54,061 nucleotides of DNA from a virus (taxonomy: Duplodnaviria > Caudoviricetes). Position 1 is the first letter of the stretch. Each line of letters starts with the position of its first letter. The stretch spans positions 1 to 54,061 of IMG/VR virus record IMGVR_UViG_3300041809_003422. One strand, given 5' to 3'. Shown here one piece after another: positions 9,390 through 19,198 of the stretch. The notes under the pieces were generated by a model. It was not told where the DNA came from. It worked only from the letters and a program-made list of their open reading frames with translations, and made no database searches. The translations under genes were made by a program, and so were the position numbers.

Positions 9390-9640
9390 GAGTCTCTCTC
9401 CAATCCTTGCGGTTGTCCACACACTGCCAAGCTAGCTCCGATTCGCAGCAAACGCAATAAACAAAGGCCTTACAGCCCAATGGTGTCCCCAAGTATGAAA
9501 AAAAACGTAAAAATGGCTTGACAGCTTCTGGCGGTGGTGACACAACCATATTGTCGACGCTCTGGAACACGTCGACCAACTCCCCGCGGTGAGCCTGACA
9601 ATGTGCTCCCGCGGGGCTCTCTCAAGCCCAGGAGCCCACC
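9390..9640. promoter_or_regulatory. Divergent early control region
   Basis: A-rich tract then TTGACA (9518-9523); hairpin CCCCGCGG...CCGCGGGG (9582-9616); divergent flanking genes. Confidence 0.65.
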
Positions 9641-10072
9641 ATGAAGATCAAGATCACCGAGAACAACTCGCAGGCCATCCAGGCCGCGCTCGACGCTGTG
9701 AACGGCAAGGCCACCGCCTTCACCGTCCACACGTTCAACACCGTCGACAGCGTTTCCCGCCTGATCAAGAAGCAGTTCTACCGCGTCGAGGTGCCGTTCG
9801 TCGACCGCGCCGGCGGCATGGCGACCTTCCAGCCGGCCCGGCCTCAGGCGCAGTCCTACAAGTATTCGATGTGGTCGACGGTCATCACCGTCCAGATCGG
9901 AGCCGACGGCAAGACCTGCTACCTGACCGACGTCGAGAGCGCCAAGGTTTACCCCGGCCAGGGCGAGCGCTTCGACCTCCGCATGACCTCCAAGGCGCAC
10001 GCCGCGTACGTCGCCCGCTGCGCCAAGCGCTTCGGCATCATCGAGCCCGAGAAGACCTTGATCGCCGCCTAA
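9641..10072 (+). CDS. Hypothetical early protein
   Basis: AGGAG RBS, strongly C-ending codons. Confidence 0.85.
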   Translation: MKIKITENNSQAIQAALDAVNGKATAFTVHTFNTVDSVSRLIKKQFYRVEVPFVDRAGGMATFQPARPQAQSYKYSMWSTVITVQIGADGKTCYLTDVESAKVYPGQGERFDLRMTSKAHAAYVARCAKRFGIIEPEKTLIAA

Positions 10073-10143
10073 GCAGACCGTTCACCCTTGCCGGCCAGTG
10101 CGAGGCCGGCTTTGGCGAGCGATCCCGCTCTCGGAGTCCCACC

Positions 10144-10344
10144 ATGAAGCGCATCACCGAGAATCCCCTCGCCGGCCGCGCGATCTGCGCGATCAGCAAT
10201 TGGGGAATCAACCACGGCCATTACCGTGTCTGCGCCGCGATGGCGTGGATCGTCAATCGCTTCGGCGAGCAGCCGCTCATCGGCGACGACTGGAACGACG
10301 AAGAGCGCGCCGAGGCCGATCTGCGCGCGATCCTGAGCCGCTAG
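10144..10344 (+). CDS. Hypothetical protein
   Basis: GGAG RBS, ATG at 10144. Confidence 0.7.
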   Translation: MKRITENPLAGRAICAISNWGINHGHYRVCAAMAWIVNRFGEQPLIGDDWNDEERAEADLRAILSR

Positions 10345-10414
10345 TAGACCGCTGCCTGCCGCCGACGAGTGCGACGCCGGTGACAGAGAGCGATCCCCGC
10401 TCAAGGAGACCACA

Positions 10415-10762
10415 ATGGAACGCTGCAAGGCCGAGAAGGCCGCCGACCACTTGCGAGAGGCGCAGGCGAGCATCGGCAAGACGATCGTCACGCTGACCAG
10501 CCGCGACGCCGAAATGACGACTGACGACAGCCTGCGTCACATGTTTCTCCAGGATCGCATGGCGCAGCTTCGCAATCGGGCGGACGACTTGCTGGCGATC
10601 GCGGGGGCGCAGTCACCCCCTGCGAGCAAGCGCCACATCCTGGAATCGCTTCTTGCCATCAGCGAGTGGCTGAGCGGATTCGAGGTCGGAGCCGGTTGCA
10701 ACCTCCGGATGACGGAGGCGCAAGAGGCGATCCGCGACGCAGTCCACGTCATCTGCGAGTGA
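10415..10762 (+). CDS. Hypothetical protein
   Basis: AAGGAG RBS. Confidence 0.7.
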   Translation: MERCKAEKAADHLREAQASIGKTIVTLTSRDAEMTTDDSLRHMFLQDRMAQLRNRADDLLAIAGAQSPPASKRHILESLLAISEWLSGFEVGAGCNLRMTEAQEAIRDAVHVICE

Positions 10763-10799
10763 CGCTGCCGGCTTTGCAGACCGATCAAGGAGACCTGTA

Positions 10800-11051
10800 A
10801 TGTATCTTATCACCCGAATGCACCACGAAGATCAGCATGGCCAGCCGATCCCGTGCCTTCGCACGCTGATCGAGGTCAGGGCCGCCGAAGGGCGCTCTCT
10901 TCTGGCGGATGACCCCAAGCAGACCGGCCACCACTACGAACGCGCCAGCGCCTCGACGGCTCACCAGTGGGTCAAGAAAGGCTGGCTGCATGAGACGGCG
11001 CTGTGGGTCGACGACTTCGGCCGCATCCGTCGTGCGGGAGGGAAACTGTAA
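10800..11051 (+). CDS. Hypothetical protein
   Basis: AAGGAG RBS. Confidence 0.75.
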   Translation: MYLITRMHHEDQHGQPIPCLRTLIEVRAAEGRSLLADDPKQTGHHYERASASTAHQWVKKGWLHETALWVDDFGRIRRAGGKL

Positions 11052-11488
11052 TGCATGACATCGTCAAATTCGGCTCGACCTTCTCTGTCTCCGGCAAGAC
11101 GTACTCGCTTGATGATGGCGAGGTTCGCGACGCCGGTTTCGGCTCCGACTGGAATGACTGCCGCGTCCGCAGCTTCGTGACTTCCGAGACCCACATCGAG
11201 GTTCGCGACGCCGGCCAATTGCTGCTGGCATGGCCGGTCGCCGAGATCATCTGGGCCGATCCCGATCCGCAGCGCCAGTGGCGCAAGGAGCGCCCGTTGG
11301 GCGTCACGCTGGACGCGTTCAAGCGCGCCTTGAAGGAAGCGATCGCCGACGAGCGTCAGCCGGTAGTCAAGAAATCCAGGACTGCCAATCCGGTTAAAGT
11401 GCCGAAGATCACCAAGAATAAGATGGCAAAGCCGCAGAAACGCAAGCTGATCCTGGCCGCCGGAGTGAAGTATCCCATCTACAATTAG
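11051..11488 (+). CDS. Hypothetical protein with basic C-terminus
   Basis: TAATG overlap, GGAGG RBS. Confidence 0.7.
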   Translation: MHDIVKFGSTFSVSGKTYSLDDGEVRDAGFGSDWNDCRVRSFVTSETHIEVRDAGQLLLAWPVAEIIWADPDPQRQWRKERPLGVTLDAFKRALKEAIADERQPVVKKSRTANPVKVPKITKNKMAKPQKRKLILAAGVKYPIYN

Positions 11489-11499
11489 GAGATCACACA

Positions 11500-11724
11500 G
11501 TGGAACACGCTCTCGAAGAAATCGCCCTCAGCCCCGACGAGATCGTCGCCGCGCTGCGCCGCGAATGCGACGACGCCGGAAGCGTCTCCGCATGGGCGCG
11601 CAGCCACGCCATGGCGCCCGCCAGCGTCCACGACGTCTTGAAGCGCCGCATCGGCGTCAGTGCGCCGCTGGCCCGCCGCCTGGGGTTCAAACGCGTCATC
11701 CGCTATGTGCCACTGGAGGGCTGA
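11500..11724 (+). CDS. Cro/XRE-like HTH protein
   Basis: SVSAWARSHAMAPASVHDVLKRR...LARRLGF; AGGAG RBS. Confidence 0.75.
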   Translation: MEHALEEIALSPDEIVAALRRECDDAGSVSAWARSHAMAPASVHDVLKRRIGVSAPLARRLGFKRVIRYVPLEG

Positions 11725-11726
11725 CG

Positions 11727-12053
11727 ATGCGTAAGAAGCTGCATTTCGCGGCGGACGGCCAACCGCTGTCTGACGCCAAATTCGTCGAGGTGTTGCGCGT
11801 CTACAAGCAGATGCAAGGGCGACCGGCGATCTACAAGCGCGCCAGTGATCGTGGGAGGATTTGGGCGCGCGCCATGGCTGGCGTCGACGCCATGGGTGAG
11901 CTGCGGTGGGTCGTCCGTATCGTCCAGGTCGACGACAAGGTGACCGAGCACGTCTGCGACGACCGGTGCCGCATGGCCCACAGCCGCATCTGCACGTGCT
12001 CCTGCGGCGGCGTCAATCACGGCGTTGGTCTGATCCAATGCCAAGCAGCGTGA
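11727..12053 (+). CDS. Cys/His-rich putative Zn-binding protein
   Basis: HVCDDRCRMAHSRICTCSCGGVNHG. Confidence 0.75.
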   Translation: MRKKLHFAADGQPLSDAKFVEVLRVYKQMQGRPAIYKRASDRGRIWARAMAGVDAMGELRWVVRIVQVDDKVTEHVCDDRCRMAHSRICTCSCGGVNHGVGLIQCQAA

Positions 12054-12409
12054 GGCAATCAATGCAGCGCACCTTCACCAGTCGCCAGCTTCGCCAGCAC
12101 GGCCAGGACCTCGCCGAGAAATTCGGCGGCATCGCAGCCCTGGCGCATACGCTCGGCTGCGACCAATCGCACCTGTCGAGATTCCTGCTTGGTCACGCCG
12201 CCACCAGCGGCGCGCTGCTCGCGGCGCTCGGTGTCCATTTCGACGTTCGGCAGGGACTATACGTCCAGGACGACGAAGCGGCAGGGCAGGGCGCGACGAA
12301 GATCAACGCGTCACTGGTCGACGAGAACCGCCGGCTGCGCGAGCAGATCAAGAGCCTGCACATCAAACTGAGCAAGGCCGAGGCCAAAATTGAATCCGAA
12401 GCCGCATAA
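12038..12409 (+). CDS. XRE-like HTH protein with coiled-coil tail
   Basis: GGIAALAHTLGCDQSHLSRFLLG. Confidence 0.75.
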   Translation: MPSSVRQSMQRTFTSRQLRQHGQDLAEKFGGIAALAHTLGCDQSHLSRFLLGHAATSGALLAALGVHFDVRQGLYVQDDEAAGQGATKINASLVDENRRLREQIKSLHIKLSKAEAKIESEAA

Positions 12410-12465
12410 TCCTTGTTCCTTGCAATCGGTGGTCGGAGAATAGCGAAAACCAAGGAGTTGCCGCC

Positions 12466-12972
12466 ATGCTTCGCAAGCTTTTCGCCCTTCTCGGACTGCC
12501 GTTCATCCTTATCGGCGCGCTGATCCAGTGGCTTCACGGCGTCCATACTCCGGCGCCGGTGCGTCAGGCTGCGGCCCGCAAGGCGTCAGCTCAGGCCGTC
12601 GCTGCGCTGCTCGACAAGGAAGAGGCCAAAGAGGTCGCCAAGCCGACGTTGCCGCGGCCGGCGCCGGTGATGCTGCCGCCCCAGGCCGCGATGGCCTGGT
12701 CGTGGTCGGTGATGACGGGCATAACCAAGCGTCCAGACCTGTCGTCTGTTCCGCCATCGGTCGCCGCGTGGATTAAGGCGATGACCTTCGACGAGGCTGT
12801 GGCGATGCGTAAACTGTCGCCAAAGGAGCTTGCCGATCACCTCTACTGCCGCCGTAGCGCGCCAGGGCTACGGCCGATGATCTACAGCCCGGTCGAGATC
12901 GCCGCAGCGGCGCGCCTCGACGACCTGAACAGCACGGACTACTTGGACGACCTGCTGTTCTCGATGCGCTGA
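12466..12972 (+). CDS. N-terminally anchored membrane protein
   Basis: AAGGAG RBS, hydrophobic residues 5-23. Confidence 0.7.
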   Translation: MLRKLFALLGLPFILIGALIQWLHGVHTPAPVRQAAARKASAQAVAALLDKEEAKEVAKPTLPRPAPVMLPPQAAMAWSWSVMTGITKRPDLSSVPPSVAAWIKAMTFDEAVAMRKLSPKELADHLYCRRSAPGLRPMIYSPVEIAAAARLDDLNSTDYLDDLLFSMR

Positions 12973-13145
12973 CGGCGCAGCCGGATCAGATTGGCGAGGC
13001 GCTCGGCGTTCTGCTGTTCGAGCGCCTCGGCTTCATCGGCGATCTCCCAGGCGCGCTCGATCGCCTCGTCCTGACGCAGACGGCCCAACGCCTGCGCAGT
13101 GACCATCAGACCAAACAAGCCCGAAAAGCTCGGCAACTCGTCCAT
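12939..13145 (-). CDS. Hypothetical protein
   Basis: AGGAGAG RBS. Confidence 0.55.
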   Translation of the reverse strand: MDELPSFSGLFGLMVTAQALGRLRQDEAIERAWEIADEAEALEQQNAERLANLIRLRRQRIENSRSSK

Positions 13146-13194
13146 GACGTCTCTCCTATGGACGTCACTCTAGCACGTGGGATCTAAAACACCG

Positions 13195-13536
13195 TTACAG
13201 TGTTGTGTTGATCTCGCTGCGATCGAGCAAGCGCAGACGATACCAAAGACGGTCGCGCGCGATCTTATTGTCGGTGTCAACATTGGCGCGCGCCAGCTCT
13301 TGCACAATGAGGCGCACCAAGGCGGCCGCGTGGACGTCGACGATTGCGTCAGGCCGCATGATATCGCTCGGCGCCTGAATGTCGCGATCACGCAGATAGC
13401 GCACGACGGCCGATGTGACGGCGCGATCAATGTCACGCGTCGCTGGCAGACGATGCATGCGATTGAGCCATCGATATTGGCGTTCGCGCGATCGGCCAGC
13501 AGCCAGGCGCTCGTTGATGCGTTGATCCCTATTCAT
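13195..13536 (-). CDS. Arg-rich hypothetical protein
   Basis: ORF downstream of AT-rich region. Confidence 0.55.
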   Translation of the reverse strand: MNRDQRINERLAAGRSRERQYRWLNRMHRLPATRDIDRAVTSAVVRYLRDRDIQAPSDIMRPDAIVDVHAAALVRLIVQELARANVDTDNKIARDRLWYRLRLLDRSEINTTL

Positions 13537-13539
13537 GTC

Positions 13540-13925
13540 GTTGAGGCTGAATCAAATCGTGGCAACGCACAACATGGCCTAACGCTCATGGCACGCTAAG
13601 CCACCCCATTACCTGCTCACATGGCGTAACGCAGGGAGCGTATTGAATCACGGATATCGCATTGGCCTTCCATGCGCCCATTCGCTATCACATCAATTGT
13701 CTGGAATACTACTAATAGATACCACATTAAAGAACAAGGAATATAAACTTATCAACGTTTGCTGTTAAGTTGACAAGATTGATAGACTGATACAAGAAGG
13801 CCAAGGACGCTGCGTGGAAAGCTGAAACGACAGGGGTATCAATGGTTTACGAATGACGGGGCCCCTGGGGTATTAAAAGCGTGCGGGGGATTTGCCGCCC
13901 CACAGCTACTCGCTACTTGCAAAAC
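13540..13925. other. AT-rich non-coding region with short direct repeats, candidate replication origin
   Basis: ACATGGC[C/G]TAACGC at 13572 and 13619; AT-rich core ~13680-13800; adjacent to Rep-like gene. Confidence 0.45.
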
Positions 13926-13928
13926 GTT

Positions 13929-14834
13929 TTAGGGCGACTCAACGCCACCAACCATCAGCGTTGGCACGTCATCCAGCAAATCACGGTACGGCGCTCCGGT
14001 TTCCATTGGCGGTAAGGCTTCCAGCCGGCCAACGTCCATCACCACTGCGTCGATCCTGCCGCGCGCAATGCGACTAGTCACCGGGCGGAAGGCGATCGAG
14101 AGTTCAGTCGACTGAAAGTCGCGTTCGATCGCCCGCAGAATCCGCATGACGTCACCGTTAGATTTCTTCGCCAGGTCAGGCGCGCCGAGCACATCGGGCA
14201 GCTTGCACATCGGGATGCGGACGCGCCGGCCGGCGCCGTGATGGGTCGGCAGCATGTCGCAGCCGTGCAGCCCATCGCGCACGCGGGTGTCGACCCACGC
14301 ACGGCACCGCAGATAGACGGGCGGCGAGAACCGGCATTTCATGTCGGCGATGACGCGCGGGTCAATGCGCGGCTCAGGCTCGTCCTCATCGGTGCACCAG
14401 TAGGCGCCGTACGCGCTGCGGCGCAGGTAAGGGCCGACCATCCAGAACACCAGATTTCCGTCGTCATAGTCGCTCAGATCGGCGATCGCATCGTTGCCCT
14501 GGATCCCGAGGTCATGAGACTGGACTCGCTCATATGCCGACATGACGTGACGCATCTGCCGGACGCGCAGGTGCCGCATCAGGTCGTACTTCGAGATCGG
14601 CACCTTGAGCCGATAGTCCTCATCCTCAGCGTCGACCCATTGATCGAGAATCGCCGGGTAGGAGACAGCGCGGTAAAAATACTCATTCGTCGTTCCGAGG
14701 ATGGTAATTAACAGGGCGACGTCGGTCGGCGTCTCCAGCTTGCCGCGAGTGTTTTTCAGGACGAAAGTCGCCATCCAGATCGGCGAAAAAATGAACCGGT
14801 CGGAGACCGTCCGAACGACCTTCCTGCCACGCAT
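13929..14834 (-). CDS. Divergent Rep_3/RepB-like replication initiator
   Basis: IDPRVIADMKCRFSPPVY, IPMCKLPDVLG, RILRAIERDF, GRIDAVVMDV follow the Rep_3 winged-helix pattern; GGAGAG RBS. Confidence 0.6.
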   Translation of the reverse strand: MRGRKVVRTVSDRFIFSPIWMATFVLKNTRGKLETPTDVALLITILGTTNEYFYRAVSYPAILDQWVDAEDEDYRLKVPISKYDLMRHLRVRQMRHVMSAYERVQSHDLGIQGNDAIADLSDYDDGNLVFWMVGPYLRRSAYGAYWCTDEDEPEPRIDPRVIADMKCRFSPPVYLRCRAWVDTRVRDGLHGCDMLPTHHGAGRRVRIPMCKLPDVLGAPDLAKKSNGDVMRILRAIERDFQSTELSIAFRPVTSRIARGRIDAVVMDVGRLEALPPMETGAPYRDLLDDVPTLMVGGVESP

Positions 14835-15154
14835 CGTGTCTCTCCAATTATGAAGAAAGTTAACATGGTTCGTGGATAGCCACAATGGGTCATACAGCAT
14901 TGAAACTAAACAATATTCCTAAAACACCGATGTAGGTTTGATCCGCTTAGTAGATCTTATGCCCTTCAAGATGCCTTGAACGCTGTCTAGGATTCCCTCG
15001 CTCCGCACGTCGAGATTCCTCACCCGCGCCTTTGTCTCGCCGCAAGGGCTCGACCGGGCGCGGGCAGCGCTCAAGGATGCCGCAATAAGATCATGGATTG
15101 AACGTGAAACAGATGCGGCTCAATCGCCGTTGGGCCGGGTCCGCGCCGAGCGGG

Positions 15155-15180
15155 TTGACATTTGCGTCGCGGCGATTCAG
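15155..15180 (+). promoter_or_regulatory. Putative late promoter TTGACA-TTTGCG-N6-CGATTCAG
   Basis: Aligns with copies at 36963 and 41267. Confidence 0.65.
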
Positions 15181-15231
15181 TCGCTGGTTTGCCGAGAGTC
15201 CATCCGACGCTCTGCGCTGCAACTCCCACCT

Positions 15232-15261
15232 GGCCGGGCGCTCATCCCGCCCGGCCTTTTT
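15232..15261 (+). terminator. Rho-independent terminator upstream of late operon
   Basis: GGCCGGGCG/CGCCCGGCC 9-bp stem followed by TTTTT. Confidence 0.75.
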
Positions 15262-15271
15262 CTGGTCGCCA

Positions 15272-16432
15272 ATGGCCGGGCTGAGACTGGACCTCAAGAT
15301 CGACTGGAAGGACGCCAAGGCGCGCTTCGACGCGATCGGCTCGAACGAGTTCCCGCGCGCCATCGCCTACGTCGTTCACAGCACGGCGAAATGGGCGGCA
15401 GAGAATTTCCGTAATGACGTGATGCCGCGCGTGCTCGGCCACAACATCGGCCGGTCCGGCCTGGTGCAGAGCCTGTCGTCCTACACCCGCAGCGCGATCC
15501 GCTACGATCGCGACAGCGGCACGCGCTATGACGACGTCAAGTCGGTCAGGGACATTCACGCCTCGATCTACGTGGCGGCGACGCAGGGCAAGCGCGGCTC
15601 CGATCAGAGCGCCTTCCTGAAGTACCTGTTTGGCTCCGGTCCTCAGACGCGCGAGCCGGGCGACGTCGGCCTCGACCAGCGGAAGATTCTTATCCCGAAC
15701 GCGTTGGCCTTGGCGCTGACGCAGCACGTCAATATCGATCCGTCATGGGCCGGTGGGCGCCTGCCGAAGGGCATGATGGCGACGGTTATGTCGCATCGCG
15801 CCAGCGACAACGGCTCGATCCCGGACAATGTCCTCGCCGGCGAATCATCCAACGCCGCGGCGATGCGAGCGATGGCGCGGGCGAGGGGCGGCCGCCGGCC
15901 GGCAGCCAGGCAGTCGGGTCGCTGGTCTAGCATAGGGATGCGGACGTTAGGATCGAGACTAGCCATTGATCTGATCCATCAGAACCAGCGCGCAGGCGAA
16001 TACGACCAGGCGCGCATGACGGCGAATCGCCTGACCCACAAGACGACCAAAGAGGGTAAGTGGTCGAAGCGATCGTGGGTCGGAACGCCGTGGCGGGTCT
16101 TCATGCGGCCGGACGATAGCGGCATCAACACGCCCTATGCGGCGCCGTTCCGTATTCGCGATCCCGCCGGCGGCTTCCATCCTATCCGCCGCAGCGACGG
16201 CTCGATCGGCAAGATGCCGAATATGCTCAATGTACAACCAGAGTTCGGTAAATCAGGACCACGGGTCGGCCCCAAGAAGCTGTTCACCGCGCTTCACTCG
16301 GCTAATTACGCGCCAAAGCTCCAGGCGCCATGGGACGCCAACATCAAGCTGGCGACGGAATACCTGGCGCGCCAGATCGACGCCGAAATGGCGCATCGCA
16401 TGGAGCGCAAGGCGCAGGGGAGAAAGTATTGA
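15272..16432 (+). CDS. Phage protein upstream of terminase (possible neck/minor tail completion-like)
   Basis: Long basic ORF with TTGA overlap to the small terminase. Confidence 0.7.
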   Translation: MAGLRLDLKIDWKDAKARFDAIGSNEFPRAIAYVVHSTAKWAAENFRNDVMPRVLGHNIGRSGLVQSLSSYTRSAIRYDRDSGTRYDDVKSVRDIHASIYVAATQGKRGSDQSAFLKYLFGSGPQTREPGDVGLDQRKILIPNALALALTQHVNIDPSWAGGRLPKGMMATVMSHRASDNGSIPDNVLAGESSNAAAMRAMARARGGRRPAARQSGRWSSIGMRTLGSRLAIDLIHQNQRAGEYDQARMTANRLTHKTTKEGKWSKRSWVGTPWRVFMRPDDSGINTPYAAPFRIRDPAGGFHPIRRSDGSIGKMPNMLNVQPEFGKSGPRVGPKKLFTALHSANYAPKLQAPWDANIKLATEYLARQIDAEMAHRMERKAQGRKY

Positions 16433-17028
16433 CCAGGAAGCCCGCCAGTAAGCGAAAGGCGACCCGGACGACCAAACAGCCGCCGAGCGCGACAATCGTC
16501 ACGGAGAGCCGCTTATTTTCAATCCTCGGCCTCTCGCGGCTGCTCGACGTCGATCGGTCGGTGATCGAGCGATGGGTTAAGCAGCACGGCTGCCCGGTCG
16601 CCCGCACCGGCGGCAAGGGCGCCGGCAATGAGTGGAAGCTCGACGTGTCGGCCGTCTTCAAGTGGCGCGAAAAATACTTGGCCGAAAAGGCAATTGAAGA
16701 ATCCGGCAAAGCGGACGATGTCGACGAGATCGACCGCAAAACGAAGCTGCTGAAATTCGCCGCGGCGGCCGGCCTGGTCGCGCCGGTCGATATGATCGAG
16801 CAGGCGCTTGAGCGGGTGATGGCCGAGCTGCGGCAGTCGCAAATGTCGATCTCGGCGCGCGTGTCGCGCTCAATGGCCGGATTTCCGAAGGACCGCGTCG
16901 ACGCCTGGTGCGCGCTCGTCGACACGATCGTCCGTGAGTCGCTGCAAGCAGCCGAGGAATCGATCGCCAAGATCGTGATCGAGCCGCCGGCGTTCGTCAG
17001 GCTTCCCGATGCAGATCACCAGGACTGA
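16429..17028 (+). CDS. Terminase small subunit (Nu1-like)
   Basis: LSRLLDVDRSVIERWVKQHGCP...GGKG...VFKWR winged HTH before gpA. Confidence 0.88.
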   Translation: MTRKPASKRKATRTTKQPPSATIVTESRLFSILGLSRLLDVDRSVIERWVKQHGCPVARTGGKGAGNEWKLDVSAVFKWREKYLAEKAIEESGKADDVDEIDRKTKLLKFAAAAGLVAPVDMIEQALERVMAELRQSQMSISARVSRSMAGFPKDRVDAWCALVDTIVRESLQAAEESIAKIVIEPPAFVRLPDADHQD

Positions 17029-19186
17029 CCTTGCGGCCGTCCGGGAGATTACCGGGCCGGGGATCGAATCACTCTTTGGCGCGATCAAGCGCGCGGCCAA
17101 GACGTCGCTGATCTCGGCGCCGCCGGAGCCGATCGTCGACTGGATGGAGAGTCACGTCTATTTGCCGCCGGAAATGACCGACCGGCCTGGCAAGTTGCGG
17201 CTCAACAAGCTGCAAAAAGGCGTGTTCGCCGCGCTCCAGGAGCCGGGCGCGCGCTGGGTGTCGTTCCAGAAGCCGCCGCGATTCGGCGCCACGCTGGGGA
17301 CGGCGGCTGCGCTGCTCTATTTCGCGGCGCATGAGGGGCAGGACGTCTTCTATTCGGAGCGGTCCGAGGACTACGCCCAGGTCTTCTACAAGAAATACGT
17401 CTACCCAATGGTGACCGAGTCGAAGGACCTGGCGCCTTTGAAGCGTCCGGACACCCGCAGCGGCCGCCAGGACACCTGGCAGAACACGATCTTGACGACC
17501 GGCGCCGCGATCCAGCTTCGGTCGGCGGCGACCGACGGCGCCTTTCGACAGATCAAGGCCTATTTTTTGGTCATGGACGAATGCTCGGCCGCTGCCTACC
17601 AGGCCGGCAAGGCCGACAGCGAGGGCGACAAGACGAGCCTGGCGTGGAAGCGGGCGCAGCAGTTCAGAAATCCAGTCATGTTCCTTCCGTCGACGCCGAC
17701 CGAGGACGGCGTCTGCATCGTCTCGCGCGAGTACCGGCGCTCCGATCAGCGCGTGTTTGAGGTGCCGTGTCCGCATTGCGGCGTCATCCAGCCGCTGCAA
17801 CCCAACGTCGGACCCGACAAGGCGGGGCCAGGTCTCAAATACCGCGTCGATCCGGTCAGCGGAGAGATCGAGACTCGCAAGGACGAGCGCGGTGATGTGG
17901 TTCCGGATATCTGGTACCAGTGCCTGGATTGTGACAAGCCGATCCGTGAAGAATCCAAGGACTGGATGATTGAGCACGGCGACTGGCGCGCCACGGCGAC
18001 GCCGGCGGAGCCTGGCCTGATCGGATTTTACTGCTGGGGTATCTACTCAACCGATCCGCAGTCGACGTGGGTCGACATTGCCCGCCAGCATCGAGCGTCG
18101 CTCGCCGACCCGGCGATGCGCCAGCCGTTCAAAAATCTGGTGCTCGCGTTGCCGTGGGAGCGCCAGGAGCGGCGCGTCGTCCCGATCAACGAGTTGCAAG
18201 CTCGGGCCAAGCCGTGGCCGACGACCTGTCCGGAGTGGGTGCAATTCATCACCGCCGGCGTCGATAACCAGCAGGGCCGCGACGACGGCTCTCAGGTCGC
18301 ACGATCTGAGATAACTGTCGTCGGCTGGGGATTTGGCGAGGAATGCGCCGTCCTGGCTCACTATGTCGTCGAGGCGCGCCCGTTTACCGATCGATCAGCG
18401 CAGTTGGTCTATGAGGCGCTTGATCGTGTCTATTACACGCCCTCCGGACGCGCGCTCAAGGTCTACGCTACCGGCGTCGATATCGGCTACGATTTCGATC
18501 ATGGACTCGAATTTTGCTACAAACAGGCGAGCCGACAGCGCCGCATAATGGCGGTCCGTGGTCAGCCGACGATTGAGAACAAGCCGGCGTTCGCCTCGAC
18601 GCTGGGTCACTCGAAGAAAGACCCGAAACTGAAATTCCTGCGCATCTGGAAGCAGCAGCCAACCGGTCTGCTGATGGAGCGCTTGCAGCAGACGGTCGCC
18701 GGGCCGGGCGCGATCCATTTCCCGTCGTCGCTGTCGGTCGAGTATTACGAATCACTCGTCGCGGTGCATCGCGTCAACGACAAGGCCAAGAATCGCTCCT
18801 ACTGGGTCGACGATCCAGACAATGAGGCGATGGACTGCTGGGTCTACGCCTATGCCCGCATGCGGCACCTGATCGCCCTGCGGCCCGACATGCGCAAGCT
18901 GCTGATGGACCGTGGCATGTCCGGTCGGGATGAGGCTGCTAGCGAGTATGAAGGGCCGGACCGCTCAGCGCAGTCCGACCTCGCCAAGTCTGAGGCGCCG
19001 CCGAGCGAGTCTGTGGCTCCAAGCGCGGTGCCGACGAGGGCCGCGCAGGTCGCCGAGCCGGACTTTCCGCGCGTGTCGCAGCCGGCGTGGCGTCGAGAGG
19101 GTGTCAATGGCAACGGCCAAGCGCCTCGCGTTCCGTCGCCGCACCGGCGGTTTGGGTCGAACCAGGCGGGGCGCTCGCCCCTTTGA
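17009..19186 (+). CDS. Terminase large subunit, gpA family
   Basis: KPPRFGAT, LVMDE, STPT, SDQR..EVPCPHCG, ITAGVDNQ, NEAMDCWVYA. Confidence 0.96.
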   Translation: MQITRTDLAAVREITGPGIESLFGAIKRAAKTSLISAPPEPIVDWMESHVYLPPEMTDRPGKLRLNKLQKGVFAALQEPGARWVSFQKPPRFGATLGTAAALLYFAAHEGQDVFYSERSEDYAQVFYKKYVYPMVTESKDLAPLKRPDTRSGRQDTWQNTILTTGAAIQLRSAATDGAFRQIKAYFLVMDECSAAAYQAGKADSEGDKTSLAWKRAQQFRNPVMFLPSTPTEDGVCIVSREYRRSDQRVFEVPCPHCGVIQPLQPNVGPDKAGPGLKYRVDPVSGEIETRKDERGDVVPDIWYQCLDCDKPIREESKDWMIEHGDWRATATPAEPGLIGFYCWGIYSTDPQSTWVDIARQHRASLADPAMRQPFKNLVLALPWERQERRVVPINELQARAKPWPTTCPEWVQFITAGVDNQQGRDDGSQVARSEITVVGWGFGEECAVLAHYVVEARPFTDRSAQLVYEALDRVYYTPSGRALKVYATGVDIGYDFDHGLEFCYKQASRQRRIMAVRGQPTIENKPAFASTLGHSKKDPKLKFLRIWKQQPTGLLMERLQQTVAGPGAIHFPSSLSVEYYESLVAVHRVNDKAKNRSYWVDDPDNEAMDCWVYAYARMRHLIALRPDMRKLLMDRGMSGRDEAASEYEGPDRSAQSDLAKSEAPPSESVAPSAVPTRAAQVAEPDFPRVSQPAWRREGVNGNGQAPRVPSPHRRFGSNQAGRSPL

Positions 19187-19198
19187 GGGACGCGCCGC

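Noticed and set aside
14840-16430. cos site
   Set aside because: Expected near here for a gpA-type terminase but no recognisable sequence
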